Assembly: GCA_017510245.1 (NCBI GenBank)
Contig: JAFWNQ010000014.1
Location: forward strand, 26,499-90,498
Reading direction: 5' to 3'
Source of the DNA: Clostridia bacterium
GTDB lineage: Bacteria; Bacillota; Clostridia; TANB77; CAG-508
DNA: 64,000 bases
Shown here: positions 1-10,354 of the stretch, piece after piece
Position numbering within the stretch: the stretch's first letter is position 1
How the letters are laid out: every line of letters begins with the position of its first letter
Translations under genes and position numbers: made by a program
The notes under the pieces: generated by a model
The model's input: the letters and a program-made list of their open reading frames with translations, nothing else
Databases searched by the model: none
What the model was told of the DNA's origin: nothing

Positions 1-337
1 TAAAATTAAGTGAAGATATATAATTGATATTTGTAATCTTTCCATCTTTCATAGCAATATTACCAGTTATTCCGACTCTGTGTCCCCCATATAGTGTAAT
101 AAATCCATTGCTAATTTGAGATTGATATGAATAAACAGAATTCTCGCAAAGCATTTGAAGAATATTTAGTATTTCTCTTTCATCTGGAATATATTCTAAG
201 ATTAATTCTTCATTGTATTTTAAAATTGTTTTTCTATTAGTTCTAATCCTAATTTCTTGCAATTCATTTACTTTATTTTTGTCAATCAATGAACTAATCT
301 GATTTGGAAAGATTCTAAAAACATTGTTAACATCCAT
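1..337 (-). CDS. spoIIIAA: Stage III sporulation protein AA, N-terminal part (3' end lies beyond window start)
   Basis: Not in the ORF track because no stop lies in the window. Minus-strand ATG at 335-337 follows AGAGAGGAAAAAT. Translation MDVNNVFRIFPNQISSLIDKNKVNELQEIRIRTNRK...NGFITLYGGHRVGITGN fits the SpoIIIAA N-terminal pattern (EIRxR, GGHRVG). Confidence 0.7.
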   Translation of the reverse strand, partial: MDVNNVFRIFPNQISSLIDKNKVNELQEIRIRTNRKTILKYNEELILEYIPDEREILNILQMLCENSVYSYQSQISNGFITLYGGHRVGITGNIAMKDGKITNINYISSLNF

Positions 338-380
338 ATTTTTCCTCTCTAGTTTTTATAATATATTTATATTTGTCCAT

Positions 381-419
381 AAAAAAGATAGCATATAATA
401 AATATATGCTATCTTTTTT
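381..419 (-). terminator. Rho-independent terminator downstream of yebC
   Basis: Perfect 16-bp stem AAAAAAGATAGCATAT / ATATGCTATCTTTTTT with a 7-nt loop and flanking A/T runs. Confidence 0.7.
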
Positions 420-434
420 ATTTTATTCTTGTTA

Positions 435-1160
435 TTATTCATCCCAATTATGATATACGTTCATTACGTCATCTAAATCTTCTAGTCTATCAATTAGTCT
501 TTGTAATTTTTCAGCATTTGCATCATCTAGTTCAACTGTTGTCGATGGTATTTGTTGAACTTCCGCTTCTACAAATTCTAATCCTTCTGCTTCTAATGCT
601 TCTCTTACTTTAGAAAAATCGCCTGGTTCTGTTGTGACTTCAAAGCACTCATCATCTGCCTTAAAATCTTCTGCTCCATTGTCTAACGCAATCATCATTA
701 AATCATCTTCTGACATATCAGTTGTTGATCTATCAATTACTATTATTCCTTTTTTGCTAAACATATATGCAACACACCCAGAAGTTCCAAGATTTCCTCC
801 CGATTTATCAAAAGCATGTCTTACATCTGCTGCTGTTCTATTTCTATTGTCTGTATTAGCTTCTACAATAACAGCTACTCCATTTGGTCCATATCCTTCA
901 TAAACTATATCTTCATATACTTTATTGCTTCCTTCACCTGAAGCCTTTTTTATTGCATTTTTTATTGTATCATTAGGCATATTGTTTGCCTTACATTTTG
1001 CAATAACATCTTTTAATTTAGAGTTACCAGCCGGGTCAGGTCCACCTGCTTTAACTGCTACTAAGATTTCTCTACCTAATTTAGTGAAAACTTTTCCTCT
1101 AGCTGCATCTGTTTTACTTTTTTTAGCTTGAATATTGTGCCATTTGCTATGTCCTGACAT
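435..1160 (-). CDS. yebC: YebC/PmpR family DNA-binding transcriptional regulator
   Basis: [32 protein letters not shown] is the canonical YebC N-terminus. Length is 241 aa. Confidence 0.95.
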   Translation of the reverse strand: MSGHSKWHNIQAKKSKTDAARGKVFTKLGREILVAVKAGGPDPAGNSKLKDVIAKCKANNMPNDTIKNAIKKASGEGSNKVYEDIVYEGYGPNGVAVIVEANTDNRNRTAADVRHAFDKSGGNLGTSGCVAYMFSKKGIIVIDRSTTDMSEDDLMMIALDNGAEDFKADDECFEVTTEPGDFSKVREALEAEGLEFVEAEVQQIPSTTVELDDANAEKLQRLIDRLEDLDDVMNVYHNWDE

Positions 1161-1277
1161 AACCGAATCCCTCCTTATAATAAATTTACCTATCTATTAT
1201 AACATAATTTTCCTCATTTGTGAAGTTTTCTGAATTCTTTTTAGACTTTTGATGGACGTCCCTAAGTTTACCCAAGT

Positions 1278-2564
1278 TTATTCTGGCAAATAATTTATCT
1301 GAGCATTGCAATTATAATTCCAATAGTTATTTACCCATTCTTCAGGTAATTCACTTTGTTTATAGTTAATATTAATTGTTTGTGAAGATGTCCAAGCATT
1401 AAATATACAATATCCCATTCTCTTTACACTATTTGGTATTGTTATACTTTGCAAATTAGAGCAACTACCGAATGCGAAATCTCCTATCATTTTTATACTA
1501 TTTGGTATATTAATTGATACTAAATCTGTATAACCACCAAAAGCATGATCCCCTATGCTAATAGTATTTTCTCTCAGAGTAATACTTGTATTAGATGACA
1601 TTGTTCCCTTATAACAACATAATGCATTTCCAAAATATATTAGCCCATCAGATAGTGAATTAAAAAATGGTGTATAATCAAAAGCATATCCTCCAACATA
1701 TTCTACATTATCAGAAATACTTACAGAGTTTAAACTACTGCAATTACTAAATGCATTTGAAGCAATGTATTTAACACTATTAGGAATAACTATTTGTTGC
1801 AAAGAACTAATACTAGAAAAAGCACCACTTCCAAGGTTAATTACAGTATCAGGTATTATTAAATTAGTAATTTGATTTGTAATATACGAACTTTGCCAAC
1901 CACCAGAATCTATATTGTTCATAGTATAGATTCTATTATTCTCTTTTATAAATGCTGGAATCCCATATTTAAATGTTCCTCCTTCTATTTCTCTAGACTT
2001 ATAAGCTGAGAAATCACTATATGGATCATCATATCCATATATTTTACATGTATCTTCACCTGTTATTTCATATCTCCACTTGTCAGTAGTAAATATATTT
2101 CCATTCATGTCTATCATACAGTCGCCAGATTCTTTTGATATTTTTGTCCTTAATGCTTCTAAGCTTATTGTTCCTCCCGAAAAAGTTCCATCATATATAT
2201 CTGATACTTTTATTTCATATTTTCCTCCTTTTGTTGTTAATATCTTTTCTAATACTGATTCCTCGCCATTATCTGATAATGTTCCCTGTGTACTATATTC
2301 TGGTGATGTTAATATTTCTATTAATTCCTCTTCTGATAGCTCTCCATGATTGTCTACTTGCTTTTCCATTATATCCATTTTAGCAATATCAATTATTTGT
2401 GCTTTTTCCGATACTTCTGATGAGTCTCTTGCTCTTTCCATTAAACCACCATTGCTTAGTACCAAGTTTATTGTTACACCTGCTAAAATTAATAGAACTA
2501 TTATTGTTACTACTAGTGCTATTAATGTTATTCCTTTTTCTTTACTAATTCTTTTGTTTCTCAT
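1278..2564 (-). CDS. Prepilin-like (Glu5-less) N-terminus fused to BspA-type leucine-rich repeat surface protein
   Basis: N-terminus MRNKRISKEKG-ITLIALVVTIIVLLILAG. C-terminal repeats IPNSVKYIASNAFSNCSSLNSVSI / IPNSIKMIGDFAFGSCSNLQSITIPNSV are typical of LRR_5 (BspA) repeats. Confidence 0.7.
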   Translation of the reverse strand: MRNKRISKEKGITLIALVVTIIVLLILAGVTINLVLSNGGLMERARDSSEVSEKAQIIDIAKMDIMEKQVDNHGELSEEELIEILTSPEYSTQGTLSDNGEESVLEKILTTKGGKYEIKVSDIYDGTFSGGTISLEALRTKISKESGDCMIDMNGNIFTTDKWRYEITGEDTCKIYGYDDPYSDFSAYKSREIEGGTFKYGIPAFIKENNRIYTMNNIDSGGWQSSYITNQITNLIIPDTVINLGSGAFSSISSLQQIVIPNSVKYIASNAFSNCSSLNSVSISDNVEYVGGYAFDYTPFFNSLSDGLIYFGNALCCYKGTMSSNTSITLRENTISIGDHAFGGYTDLVSINIPNSIKMIGDFAFGSCSNLQSITIPNSVKRMGYCIFNAWTSSQTININYKQSELPEEWVNNYWNYNCNAQINYLPE

Positions 2565-2648
2565 ATTTTTTCCTTTCCCTTACAGTCATAAAGTCTCACT
2601 TGTAAAATAATTTACATATTTTAATAATAATATATCTTTGTTTATTTT

Positions 2649-3617
2649 TCAATAAGTTTCTGCAGTATTTCTCATAAAATCCACAAACTTTTCTATTCCT
2701 TCTTTAAAACTTGTTTTTGGCTCATATCCTATAAGCTCCTTTGCTTTTGAAATATCTGCATAAGTTCTATCTACGTCTCCTGGCTGCATAGGAAGTTTTT
2801 CTATTATTGGCTCTTTATTTAAAGCTTCTCCTATTGTACTTATCATTTCATTTAGTTTTATTGGATAAGAATTTCCCAAATTTAATATTTCATAAACATT
2901 ATCATTCTTTTCCAAATAATCTGCTGATTTTATAATTCCATCAACTATATCATCTATGTATGTATAATCTCTAGAAGTTGTACCATCTCCAAACATAGGA
3001 ATTTTTTTGTTTTCCATCATAAGCTTTGTAAATTTTGTAATAGCTAAATCTGGTCTTTGTTTTGGGCCATAAACAGTAAAGAATCTTAGCATCATAATGT
3101 CAATATTGTATAAGCTATAGTATGTATGTGCCATTACTTCATTTGATTTCTTTGTAGCAGCATATGGACTTATAGCATAATCAACAATCATATTTTCGTT
3201 AAAAGGAACTGTTCTACAATTTCCATACACACTACTAGAAGAGGCCATTATTACTTTTTTTATTTTATGTTTTCTTATTTCTTCAAGTAGGTTTTGTGTT
3301 CCCATGCAATTTACATCTTGGTACAATATAGGATTTTCAATTGATGGTCTTACTCCTGCCATTGCTGCTAGATGAATTACAAAATCTATATTGTTATCAG
3401 AAAAAATCTTGTTAAGCGCTTCTTTATCTCTAATGTCTGCCTCATAAAGAAAAAAGTTTATATTATTGCATAAGTTTTCTATATTCTTTCTTTTAATTTT
3501 GGGATCATAAAAATTATTAAAATTATCAACTACAATAACTCTATTGTTCTTTGTTAGTTCTTCACATAAAGAAGAACCTATAAAACCTGCACCACCTGTT
3601 ACTAAAAAAGTTTTCAT
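2649..3617 (-). CDS. NAD-dependent sugar-nucleotide epimerase/dehydratase (UDP-glucuronate 4-epimerase-like)
   Basis: Rossmann motif TGGAGFIGS, SDR catalytic YAATK, and position next to ugd. Confidence 0.8.
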   Translation of the reverse strand: MKTFLVTGGAGFIGSSLCEELTKNNRVIVVDNFNNFYDPKIKRKNIENLCNNINFFLYEADIRDKEALNKIFSDNNIDFVIHLAAMAGVRPSIENPILYQDVNCMGTQNLLEEIRKHKIKKVIMASSSSVYGNCRTVPFNENMIVDYAISPYAATKKSNEVMAHTYYSLYNIDIMMLRFFTVYGPKQRPDLAITKFTKLMMENKKIPMFGDGTTSRDYTYIDDIVDGIIKSADYLEKNDNVYEILNLGNSYPIKLNEMISTIGEALNKEPIIEKLPMQPGDVDRTYADISKAKELIGYEPKTSFKEGIEKFVDFMRNTAETY

Positions 3618-3668
3618 AATTTATCTCATTCCCTTCTATTGACAGCTAAACTTACCTATATTTTCACA

Positions 3669-4964
3669 CTACCTTCCTATCGAATGATAATCTATTCCAT
3701 TTTCTTTCATTTCATTAATATCATAAATATTTCTTCCATCAAAAACTGAAGGATTGCTCATTAGTTCTTTATATTGTTCTGGTTTTATGTCCTTTATTTC
3801 ATTCCATTCAGTAAATATAAAACAAGCATCTGCATCTTTTAATGCTTCTGTAGGATTCTTAGCATACATTATCTTTTCATCATCATATTTTTCTTTAAAA
3901 TTGTTTGAAGCTATTGGATCATAAGTATAAACATTAGCTCCTTGATTAACTAAATACTTTATATTATCAATGGATGGTGCTTCTCTTAAATCATCTGTTT
4001 CAGGTTTAAAAGCTAAACCTAAAACTGCAATTTTCTTTCCCTCAAAAGATTTAAAACACTTCTTAGCCTTTTTTATAAGCCTTTTTCTTTGTTCTTCATT
4101 TACTTCAATAGTTGCTTTTACAGTTTTTAGTTCATACCCATTTTGTTCTGCTAAATAATTAAGTGCTTTAGTATCTTTTGGAAAGCAACTTCCTCCATAT
4201 CCAATTCCTGCATTTAGAAATTTAGCTCCAATTCTATCATCATAGCTCATTCCCTTTGCAACTTCCTCTATATCTGCTCCAACTATTTTACATAGATTTG
4301 CTATTTCATTCATATAGGATATTTTTAGTGCTAAGAAACTATTACATGCATATTTCACCATTTCAGCACTTCTTCTATTCATTGAAACAATTGGTAAATT
4401 AAAAGGTTTATATATTTCATTAAGTTTCTTCTCTGCTGATTTACTTTCTATTCCAATAATAACTCTTTTAGCATGAAGCATATCATGAACAGCATTTCCT
4501 TGTGCTAAAAACTCTGGATTACTTGCCACCTCAACCTTTACATTGTTTTTCAAATTATCTTTTATTATTTTTTCAACTCTTTCATTCGTTCCAACTGGAA
4601 CTGTAGATTTTACAACCACTAAGCAGTCGTTCTCTATGTTTTCAGCAATTTGCTTTGATACAATTTCTACATACTCCAGATTAGCTGACCCATCAGGATT
4701 TTCTGGTGTTCCAACACCAATAAAAATCACTTCAGCATTTTTGTAAGTATTAGCATAATCTGTTGTATATCTTATTCTTCCTTTTTCTGCATTTTTTTGC
4801 ATAAGTTCTTGCAAGTCTTTTTCGTAAATTGGGCTAATTCCTTTTTGCATCAAGCTTATTCTTGCTTCATTAACATCTATACAAGTTACATTATGTCCTA
4901 CATCAGCAAAGCAGACTCCTGCAACTAATCCTACATATCCTGTTCCAGTTACAACAATATCCAT
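3669..4964 (-). CDS. ugd: UDP-glucose 6-dehydrogenase
   Basis: MDIVVTGTGYVGLVAG NAD-binding start, GGSCFPKD active site. I place the start at the internal ATG 4962-4964, which follows AAAGGAGGAAGA. The ORF-track start at 5024 is probably a 5' extension. Confidence 0.9.
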   Translation of the reverse strand: MDIVVTGTGYVGLVAGVCFADVGHNVTCIDVNEARISLMQKGISPIYEKDLQELMQKNAEKGRIRYTTDYANTYKNAEVIFIGVGTPENPDGSANLEYVEIVSKQIAENIENDCLVVVKSTVPVGTNERVEKIIKDNLKNNVKVEVASNPEFLAQGNAVHDMLHAKRVIIGIESKSAEKKLNEIYKPFNLPIVSMNRRSAEMVKYACNSFLALKISYMNEIANLCKIVGADIEEVAKGMSYDDRIGAKFLNAGIGYGGSCFPKDTKALNYLAEQNGYELKTVKATIEVNEEQRKRLIKKAKKCFKSFEGKKIAVLGLAFKPETDDLREAPSIDNIKYLVNQGANVYTYDPIASNNFKEKYDDEKIMYAKNPTEALKDADACFIFTEWNEIKDIKPEQYKELMSNPSVFDGRNIYDINEMKENGIDYHSIGR

Positions 4965-5121
4965 TCTTCCTCCTTTGCTGTTGCCAAAATTCTCCGTCAC
5001 TATTTGCATCATTCTTAATTGCATTTTCTAATTAATCTTTATTATTTCACATTTTAGCATAAACAAATCTGTTTTTCAACGTCTAAATAAAAACATAGAA
5101 AGAACTATATTTCCAACATAT

Positions 5122-5144
5122 AAAGGCGACCATTGGTCGCCTTT
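5122..5144 (-). terminator. Terminator after the PP2C operon
   Basis: Stem AAAGGCGACC / GGTCGCCTTT with loop ATT. Confidence 0.6.
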
Positions 5145-5168
5145 ATGTTTTCATCTATTACAAGATTT

Positions 5169-5450
5169 CTAATCAAATAATGTATCTTCTTTGAGTCCTT
5201 TTTCCAAATATTTTATAAAATTAGAGACTATTATTTCATCTTCCTCATTCATAATAGGACTAACTTTTCCATCATCTTCATATATTCCACTATATATGTT
5301 TATATTTTTATCTTCATTCATAGAATAATCTGTATAAATCACAAATTTTCTATTTGTATAATCAAAAGTTGAAAGTACTGAATACTTTTTTTCAGTTCCA
5401 TCTTTATTAATTCTTTTTAAAGTTTCTTTTCTTTCCACTAGATATAACAC
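5169..5450 (-). CDS. DUF1292-like small protein
   Basis: The pattern KKYSVLSTFDYTNRKFVIYTD...DDGKVSPI..EEDEII resembles YrzB/DUF1292. Its start abuts the stop of the PP2C gene. Confidence 0.5.
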   Translation of the reverse strand: MLYLVERKETLKRINKDGTEKKYSVLSTFDYTNRKFVIYTDYSMNEDKNINIYSGIYEDDGKVSPIMNEEDEIIVSNFIKYLEKGLKEDTLFD

Positions 5451-7655
5451 CTACCTTTCATCATCATCTCTATCTTTTTTTACAAAAACTGCAGCTGTTG
5501 TGTTATCTTTTCCTCCAGGTATTGAATCGTAGTATTGACGATCGCCATCTAAATATCTAGGTCTAATTGAACGATGTTCTAATGCCGTTTTTACTAATTG
5601 TTTTGCTACACAACTATCATCTGTATTCCTTGTTATTACTGCAATTTGTTCGTCTGATAAGCAATCTGTAACTCCATCACTAGCAATAATAATCATGTCA
5701 TAACTATCATTGCTCATTATTCCAGAATGTACATCAGGAGGATATGAACCACCTAAACATTGTGTTATTTCATTTGATCTAGCATGAAATCTCATTGCTT
5801 CTCTAGTAGGAATTCTTCCTTTTTCAAACTCTTCTTCAACAACTGAATCATCTATAGTTATTTGAGATAATACACCATCTTTTACAGCATATCCTCTAGA
5901 GTCTCCCACATTTGAAATCAATGTTTGATCTTGTCCTATCAAAGCACATACAAGTGTTGTCCCTCCACCATGTAATTTTTGAAATATTTCTGCAGATGTT
6001 TTTTTAATTAATTCATCTAAAGCTTGTTGTGCTAAAGCAGGATTAGCATAGTATCTTTCTTTTTCTTCTCTACTTAATCCTTTAAACCATTCATCGATTC
6101 TGCTTGTAATCATGTGACTTGCTATTTCACCATTTTCAACTCCTCCCATACCATCAGCTACAAGCATCATCTTTAATCCTGGAATTTCATCATCTTTAAG
6201 TAAAAGTACAGAATCTTCTTGATTCTCTCTCTTTCGTCCAATAGAAGTACTTGCAAATAATTCACCATCTATTTCTTCATTTCCTTCATGTTTTGAAGTT
6301 AGTCCTGTAATCATTCTAGATTGTAGTCTTCTTAAATTTCTCCTATAGAATTCTACATTTTGAATTCCTCCAAGTGCTTGTGACACTCCTGTAAGTTCGC
6401 TTCTTCTATCTCTTAGTCTTCTTAATTGTTCTTCTCTTTGCCTTTCAGGAGAAGTTCTCCTTCCTTGTCCTGGTGAATCTATTCTTCTAGATCTTTGAGA
6501 GATTGCTATAGCTCTTTCTTCATCTAAACTTCTAATATGATACTCTCCATTTGAATCTCTTTCAATTGGTATACCATCCATAAAATGATTTGCTATTGCC
6601 AAAGAAGCATCTAAATTTGTTGCATTATAATCTTCAGGGTTTCCTATAAATACTACTGTTTCCATATAATTTAGCCATGGAGCCTCATGGTACCAAAATC
6701 CATTATATGCCTGTAAATCCGATTTGTCTGCTAAAGATTTTATTTCACTAGGAGTCATTGCGTCATGAACTCTCCTTGCATCATCTATTATTAAGTCAAT
6801 ATATTCACTCCAATGTCTTGAAACCTCTTGGAATATGTCTGAGCTACTTCTTGGCTCAGCATAAGGTCTAACTATACCTGCCCTAACCATTTCAGTATAT
6901 AATCTGTTGACCACATTAATTCCTTCTATTCTTGCATTTATTATATCTTCAACAGTAGTATGTCTTCCAATTCCCTGTGAGGCCATTTGATATCCTGCTG
7001 AGTTATGTGCAAGTGTTCTTGCCGCCCCATCTCTAGTTGAATATTCTGCCCCAAGTTCATGTTCCTGTAAATAATCAAGATTGTATACTGATGATAATAT
7101 GTTTAAATGATGAGCAGATTCAGGTCCAAATTTCATCCTTGTTACAGCTGAAGAATAAACTATATCTTGAATGTCATCAAGATTACTACCTGACTCATGC
7201 ATTGGAAGAGAAGGAAATGGTTTTAAAGATTGAGCCATTAGTTCTATAGCTTTATCATATTCATCCCCATTATCTAACGATGATATAACCACTGTTTTTC
7301 CACCAGCACTCATTCTTATACTTATGTCAGTTCTATCTCCAACTTGAGTCTCAGTAACCTCTCCTAATTCTCCTAGTACATCTTTGCTTAAACTGACTAA
7401 TGCATAATTACTTATTTCATCACTTGTCAATTCAGTGACATCATGTTTTCCTCTTTGTCTTAGTAGTTCATCTATAGGAATTACTACTGGAGAAAACATA
7501 AATCGATTTCCTCCTGCAAAGTATTCTTCAGAATCAATATATTGCAGTACAATTTGATCACCTATTACATTAATATTAACAGAATTTGGATTAGTCCTTA
7601 AACTTTTTAGCATCTGTGCTTCTTCAAAAATCGATTTTCCTATTAGTTTAGACAT
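5451..7655 (-). CDS. PP2C-family Ser/Thr phosphatase with a large uncharacterised N-terminal domain
   Basis: The C-terminal ~230 aa carry ADGMGG, NVGDSRGY, IIASDGVTD and GGKDNTTA (PP2C metal-binding motifs). The N-terminal ~390 aa and an Arg-rich linker (RRIDSPGQGRRTSPERQREEQLRRLRDRR) are unrecognised. No TM segments. Confidence 0.8.
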   Translation of the reverse strand: MSKLIGKSIFEEAQMLKSLRTNPNSVNINVIGDQIVLQYIDSEEYFAGGNRFMFSPVVIPIDELLRQRGKHDVTELTSDEISNYALVSLSKDVLGELGEVTETQVGDRTDISIRMSAGGKTVVISSLDNGDEYDKAIELMAQSLKPFPSLPMHESGSNLDDIQDIVYSSAVTRMKFGPESAHHLNILSSVYNLDYLQEHELGAEYSTRDGAARTLAHNSAGYQMASQGIGRHTTVEDIINARIEGINVVNRLYTEMVRAGIVRPYAEPRSSSDIFQEVSRHWSEYIDLIIDDARRVHDAMTPSEIKSLADKSDLQAYNGFWYHEAPWLNYMETVVFIGNPEDYNATNLDASLAIANHFMDGIPIERDSNGEYHIRSLDEERAIAISQRSRRIDSPGQGRRTSPERQREEQLRRLRDRRSELTGVSQALGGIQNVEFYRRNLRRLQSRMITGLTSKHEGNEEIDGELFASTSIGRKRENQEDSVLLLKDDEIPGLKMMLVADGMGGVENGEIASHMITSRIDEWFKGLSREEKERYYANPALAQQALDELIKKTSAEIFQKLHGGGTTLVCALIGQDQTLISNVGDSRGYAVKDGVLSQITIDDSVVEEEFEKGRIPTREAMRFHARSNEITQCLGGSYPPDVHSGIMSNDSYDMIIIASDGVTDCLSDEQIAVITRNTDDSCVAKQLVKTALEHRSIRPRYLDGDRQYYDSIPGGKDNTTAAVFVKKDRDDDER

Positions 7656-7664
7656 TTTTTCCTC

Positions 7665-7946
7665 CTATACTATAATTATATTTATACTTTTCACTTTATC
7701 ATTTACTTCCTCTTCAAGTTGCTTTATTTGCTTTTTATACAATTCCACTATGCTCTCATACTGTTTTGTACTAAGTTCTTCAACATTTATTTCATTTTTT
7801 TCGTATCTATTTTGCAAATTTAGTAATTCTACTTCAGAAATGCTGCTTCTTGTATTGTCAGATAAGAAATTCTTAATTTTTTTTATCAGTTCAACTATAA
7901 TGCTATTTTTATATTTGACCATAGCCAACTCATTATTCTTTGCCAT
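7665..7946 (-). CDS. Hypothetical coiled-coil protein (first gene of the PP2C operon)
   Basis: 93-aa ORF rich in E/K/L heptads, ending 9 nt upstream of the PP2C gene start. Confidence 0.5.
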   Translation of the reverse strand: MAKNNELAMVKYKNSIIVELIKKIKNFLSDNTRSSISEVELLNLQNRYEKNEINVEELSTKQYESIVELYKKQIKQLEEEVNDKVKSINIIIV

Positions 7947-8066
7947 TATTATTCCTCCTATTTAAAATACAATATTTATTATATTTTACCATACTTATTA
8001 GCTATAATTATTACAATTTATTTACTTTATAATTACTTTTTCGTTACATAAAAAAAGCGAAGATTT

Positions 8067-8264
8067 CTAATCTTCGCTTACCTTTGCAATCATTCTTATT
8101 GACCATAAACCTGAGATACCAACTAATATATATATAATTCTTGACACTAAGCTCATTGCTCCAAATAATGTATCCACTAAATTAAAATTAAATAAGCCAA
8201 TCAATCCCCAGTTTATAGCTCCAATAATAACTAGTACTAACGCAATAATGTCTATAGTTTTCAT
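8067..8264 (-). CDS. DUF378 family small membrane protein
   Basis: The GAINWGLIGLFNFNLV motif and two TM helices are typical of DUF378. A terminator AAAAAAGCGAAGATT/AATCTTCGCTT lies just downstream. Confidence 0.8.
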   Translation of the reverse strand: MKTIDIIALVLVIIGAINWGLIGLFNFNLVDTLFGAMSLVSRIIYILVGISGLWSIRMIAKVSED

Positions 8265-8381
8265 AATTATTTTCTAAAGTAGCTTTTTCTACTTTACTCC
8301 TTTCATTATTTTTAGTATTAGTATATTATTATATTTAAAATCTATTCATAAAAAAATCAATTTTTATTGGTAATTTTTTCA

Positions 8382-9398
8382 TTACATTCCCTTATATCTT
8401 TTTTCTGCAAAATTCCATGAGTCCCTGCACATTTCTTCAAGTTCTCTTTCTGCTCTCCATCCCATTTCTTTGTTAGCTTTACTTGGATCTGCACAGCAAA
8501 CAGCAATGTCTCCAGGTCTTCTGTCTGTTATTACATATGGAACTTTAACTCCATTAACCTTTTCAAATGTATTTACTAAATCAAGTACACTATATGGATT
8601 TCCTGTTCCTAAGTTATACACTGATAATCCCTTTTTTGTTTTTTCCATCTTTTCAATTGCATTAATATGTCCTAATGCTAAATCCACAACATGTATATAG
8701 TCACGCATACCTGTTCCATCTTTTGTATCATAGTCATTTCCAAACACATTTAGATGGTCTAGTTCTCCTGCTGCTACCTTCATAATATAAGGCATTAAGT
8801 TATTTGGTATTCCTTGAGGATCTTCACCTAGTAATCCACTTTTATGAGCTCCAATTGGATTGAAGTATCTTAATATACATATATTCCATTGGTTATCTGA
8901 GAAATACAAATCTTCAAGTATTTTTTCTATCATTGCCTTAGTTGTTCCATATGGATTAGTTGTTTTTCCTCTTCCTAAATCTTCTGTATATTTTGGTACT
9001 CCTTGATCTCCATATACTGTTGCTGAAGAACTAAATACTATACTCTTTATATTATGTTTTCTCATTGTATTTAATAATACCAAAGTTCCTGCAATATTAT
9101 TTTGATAATACTCTAATGGCATTTCAACTGATTCTCCAACAGCCTTTAATCCTGCAAAATGTATAACTGAAGTTATATCTTTATTTTCAGTAAATATTTC
9201 ATCCATTTTTTCTTTATCAAGTATGTCAGCCTCATAGAACTTAAAATCTTTACCAGTTATATCTTTGATTATATCTAATGTTTCTGGCTTACTATTTACA
9301 AAATTATCTACAACTATTACATCATATCCTTTATCTAACAGTTCTACTACTGTATGTGAGCCAATAAATCCTGCTCCACCTGTTACTAAAATTGACAT
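8382..9398 (-). CDS. galE: UDP-glucose 4-epimerase
   Basis: MSILVTGGAGFIGSH, catalytic YGTTK, 338 aa with GalE-like sequence throughout. Confidence 0.9.
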   Translation of the reverse strand: MSILVTGGAGFIGSHTVVELLDKGYDVIVVDNFVNSKPETLDIIKDITGKDFKFYEADILDKEKMDEIFTENKDITSVIHFAGLKAVGESVEMPLEYYQNNIAGTLVLLNTMRKHNIKSIVFSSSATVYGDQGVPKYTEDLGRGKTTNPYGTTKAMIEKILEDLYFSDNQWNICILRYFNPIGAHKSGLLGEDPQGIPNNLMPYIMKVAAGELDHLNVFGNDYDTKDGTGMRDYIHVVDLALGHINAIEKMEKTKKGLSVYNLGTGNPYSVLDLVNTFEKVNGVKVPYVITDRRPGDIAVCCADPSKANKEMGWRAERELEEMCRDSWNFAEKRYKGM

Positions 9399-9424
9399 AT
9401 TATTTCCTCCTTTTTCAAATTATT

Positions 9425-10354
9425 TTACATCATTTCTTTAACTTTTTCAATAATAGCATTTGCATCAATTTTAAAATGGCTAAGTAATTGTTCTGGTGTT
9501 CCAGATTTTCCAAATGTATCATTTATTCCCATTCTTACTAATTTCTTTGGATATTCATCACATAGTATTTCAGCAATAGCAGAGCCTAAACCTCCAATTA
9601 TACTATGGTCTTCTATAGATATCAAATTATTAGTTTCTTCTGCACACTTTAGTACTAGTTCCTTATCTATAGGTTTAATTGAATACATGTCCACTACTCT
9701 TACATTTATTCCTTTAGTTTTTAAAAACTCCTGTGCTTTAATTGCTTCACAAACAACATCTCCTGTTGCGAAAATTGTTGCGTCTTTACCATTTCCTATC
9801 TGCTTTCCTTTTCCTATTTCAAATTCTTCATTCTCGGCATATATTATAGGTGTTTTCATTCTACTTAATCTAACATATGTTGGTCCACTGTGTCTAGCAA
9901 CTTCACTTATTATTTTTCTTGTCGACACATCATCAGATGGACTTATAACTGTCATGTTTGGTAGTGTTCTCATTAAACTTAAATCTTCTAACATTTGGTG
10001 TGTAGCACCATCTTCGCCAACTGTTATTCCACTGTGTGTTCCACATATTTTAACATTTAGCTTTGGATATGCTATGCTTGCCCTTATCTGGTCATAACAT
10101 CTTCCTGTAGCAAAAGCTGCAAATGAAGCAACAAATGGTATTTTATCACAACTTGCTAAACCTGCAGCTGTACCTATCATATCAGCTTCAGCTATTCCAT
10201 TTTCAATAAATCTTTCAGGATACTTTTTCTCAAATATATCTGTTTTTGTGGAACTACTTAGATCTGCATCTAGCACTACAATTCTGTCATCCTCTAAATC
10301 TGCAAGTGCATTTCCAAAGCTCTCTCTTGTTGCAATTAATTTTTTACTATTCAT
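9425..10354 (-). CDS. Transketolase, C-terminal (pyrimidine-binding) subunit
   Basis: RESFGNALADL...GIAEADMIGTAAGLA...EDGATHQ are typical of split transketolase subunit B. Confidence 0.9.
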   Translation of the reverse strand: MNSKKLIATRESFGNALADLEDDRIVVLDADLSSSTKTDIFEKKYPERFIENGIAEADMIGTAAGLASCDKIPFVASFAAFATGRCYDQIRASIAYPKLNVKICGTHSGITVGEDGATHQMLEDLSLMRTLPNMTVISPSDDVSTRKIISEVARHSGPTYVRLSRMKTPIIYAENEEFEIGKGKQIGNGKDATIFATGDVVCEAIKAQEFLKTKGINVRVVDMYSIKPIDKELVLKCAEETNNLISIEDHSIIGGLGSAIAEILCDEYPKKLVRMGINDTFGKSGTPEQLLSHFKIDANAIIEKVKEMM

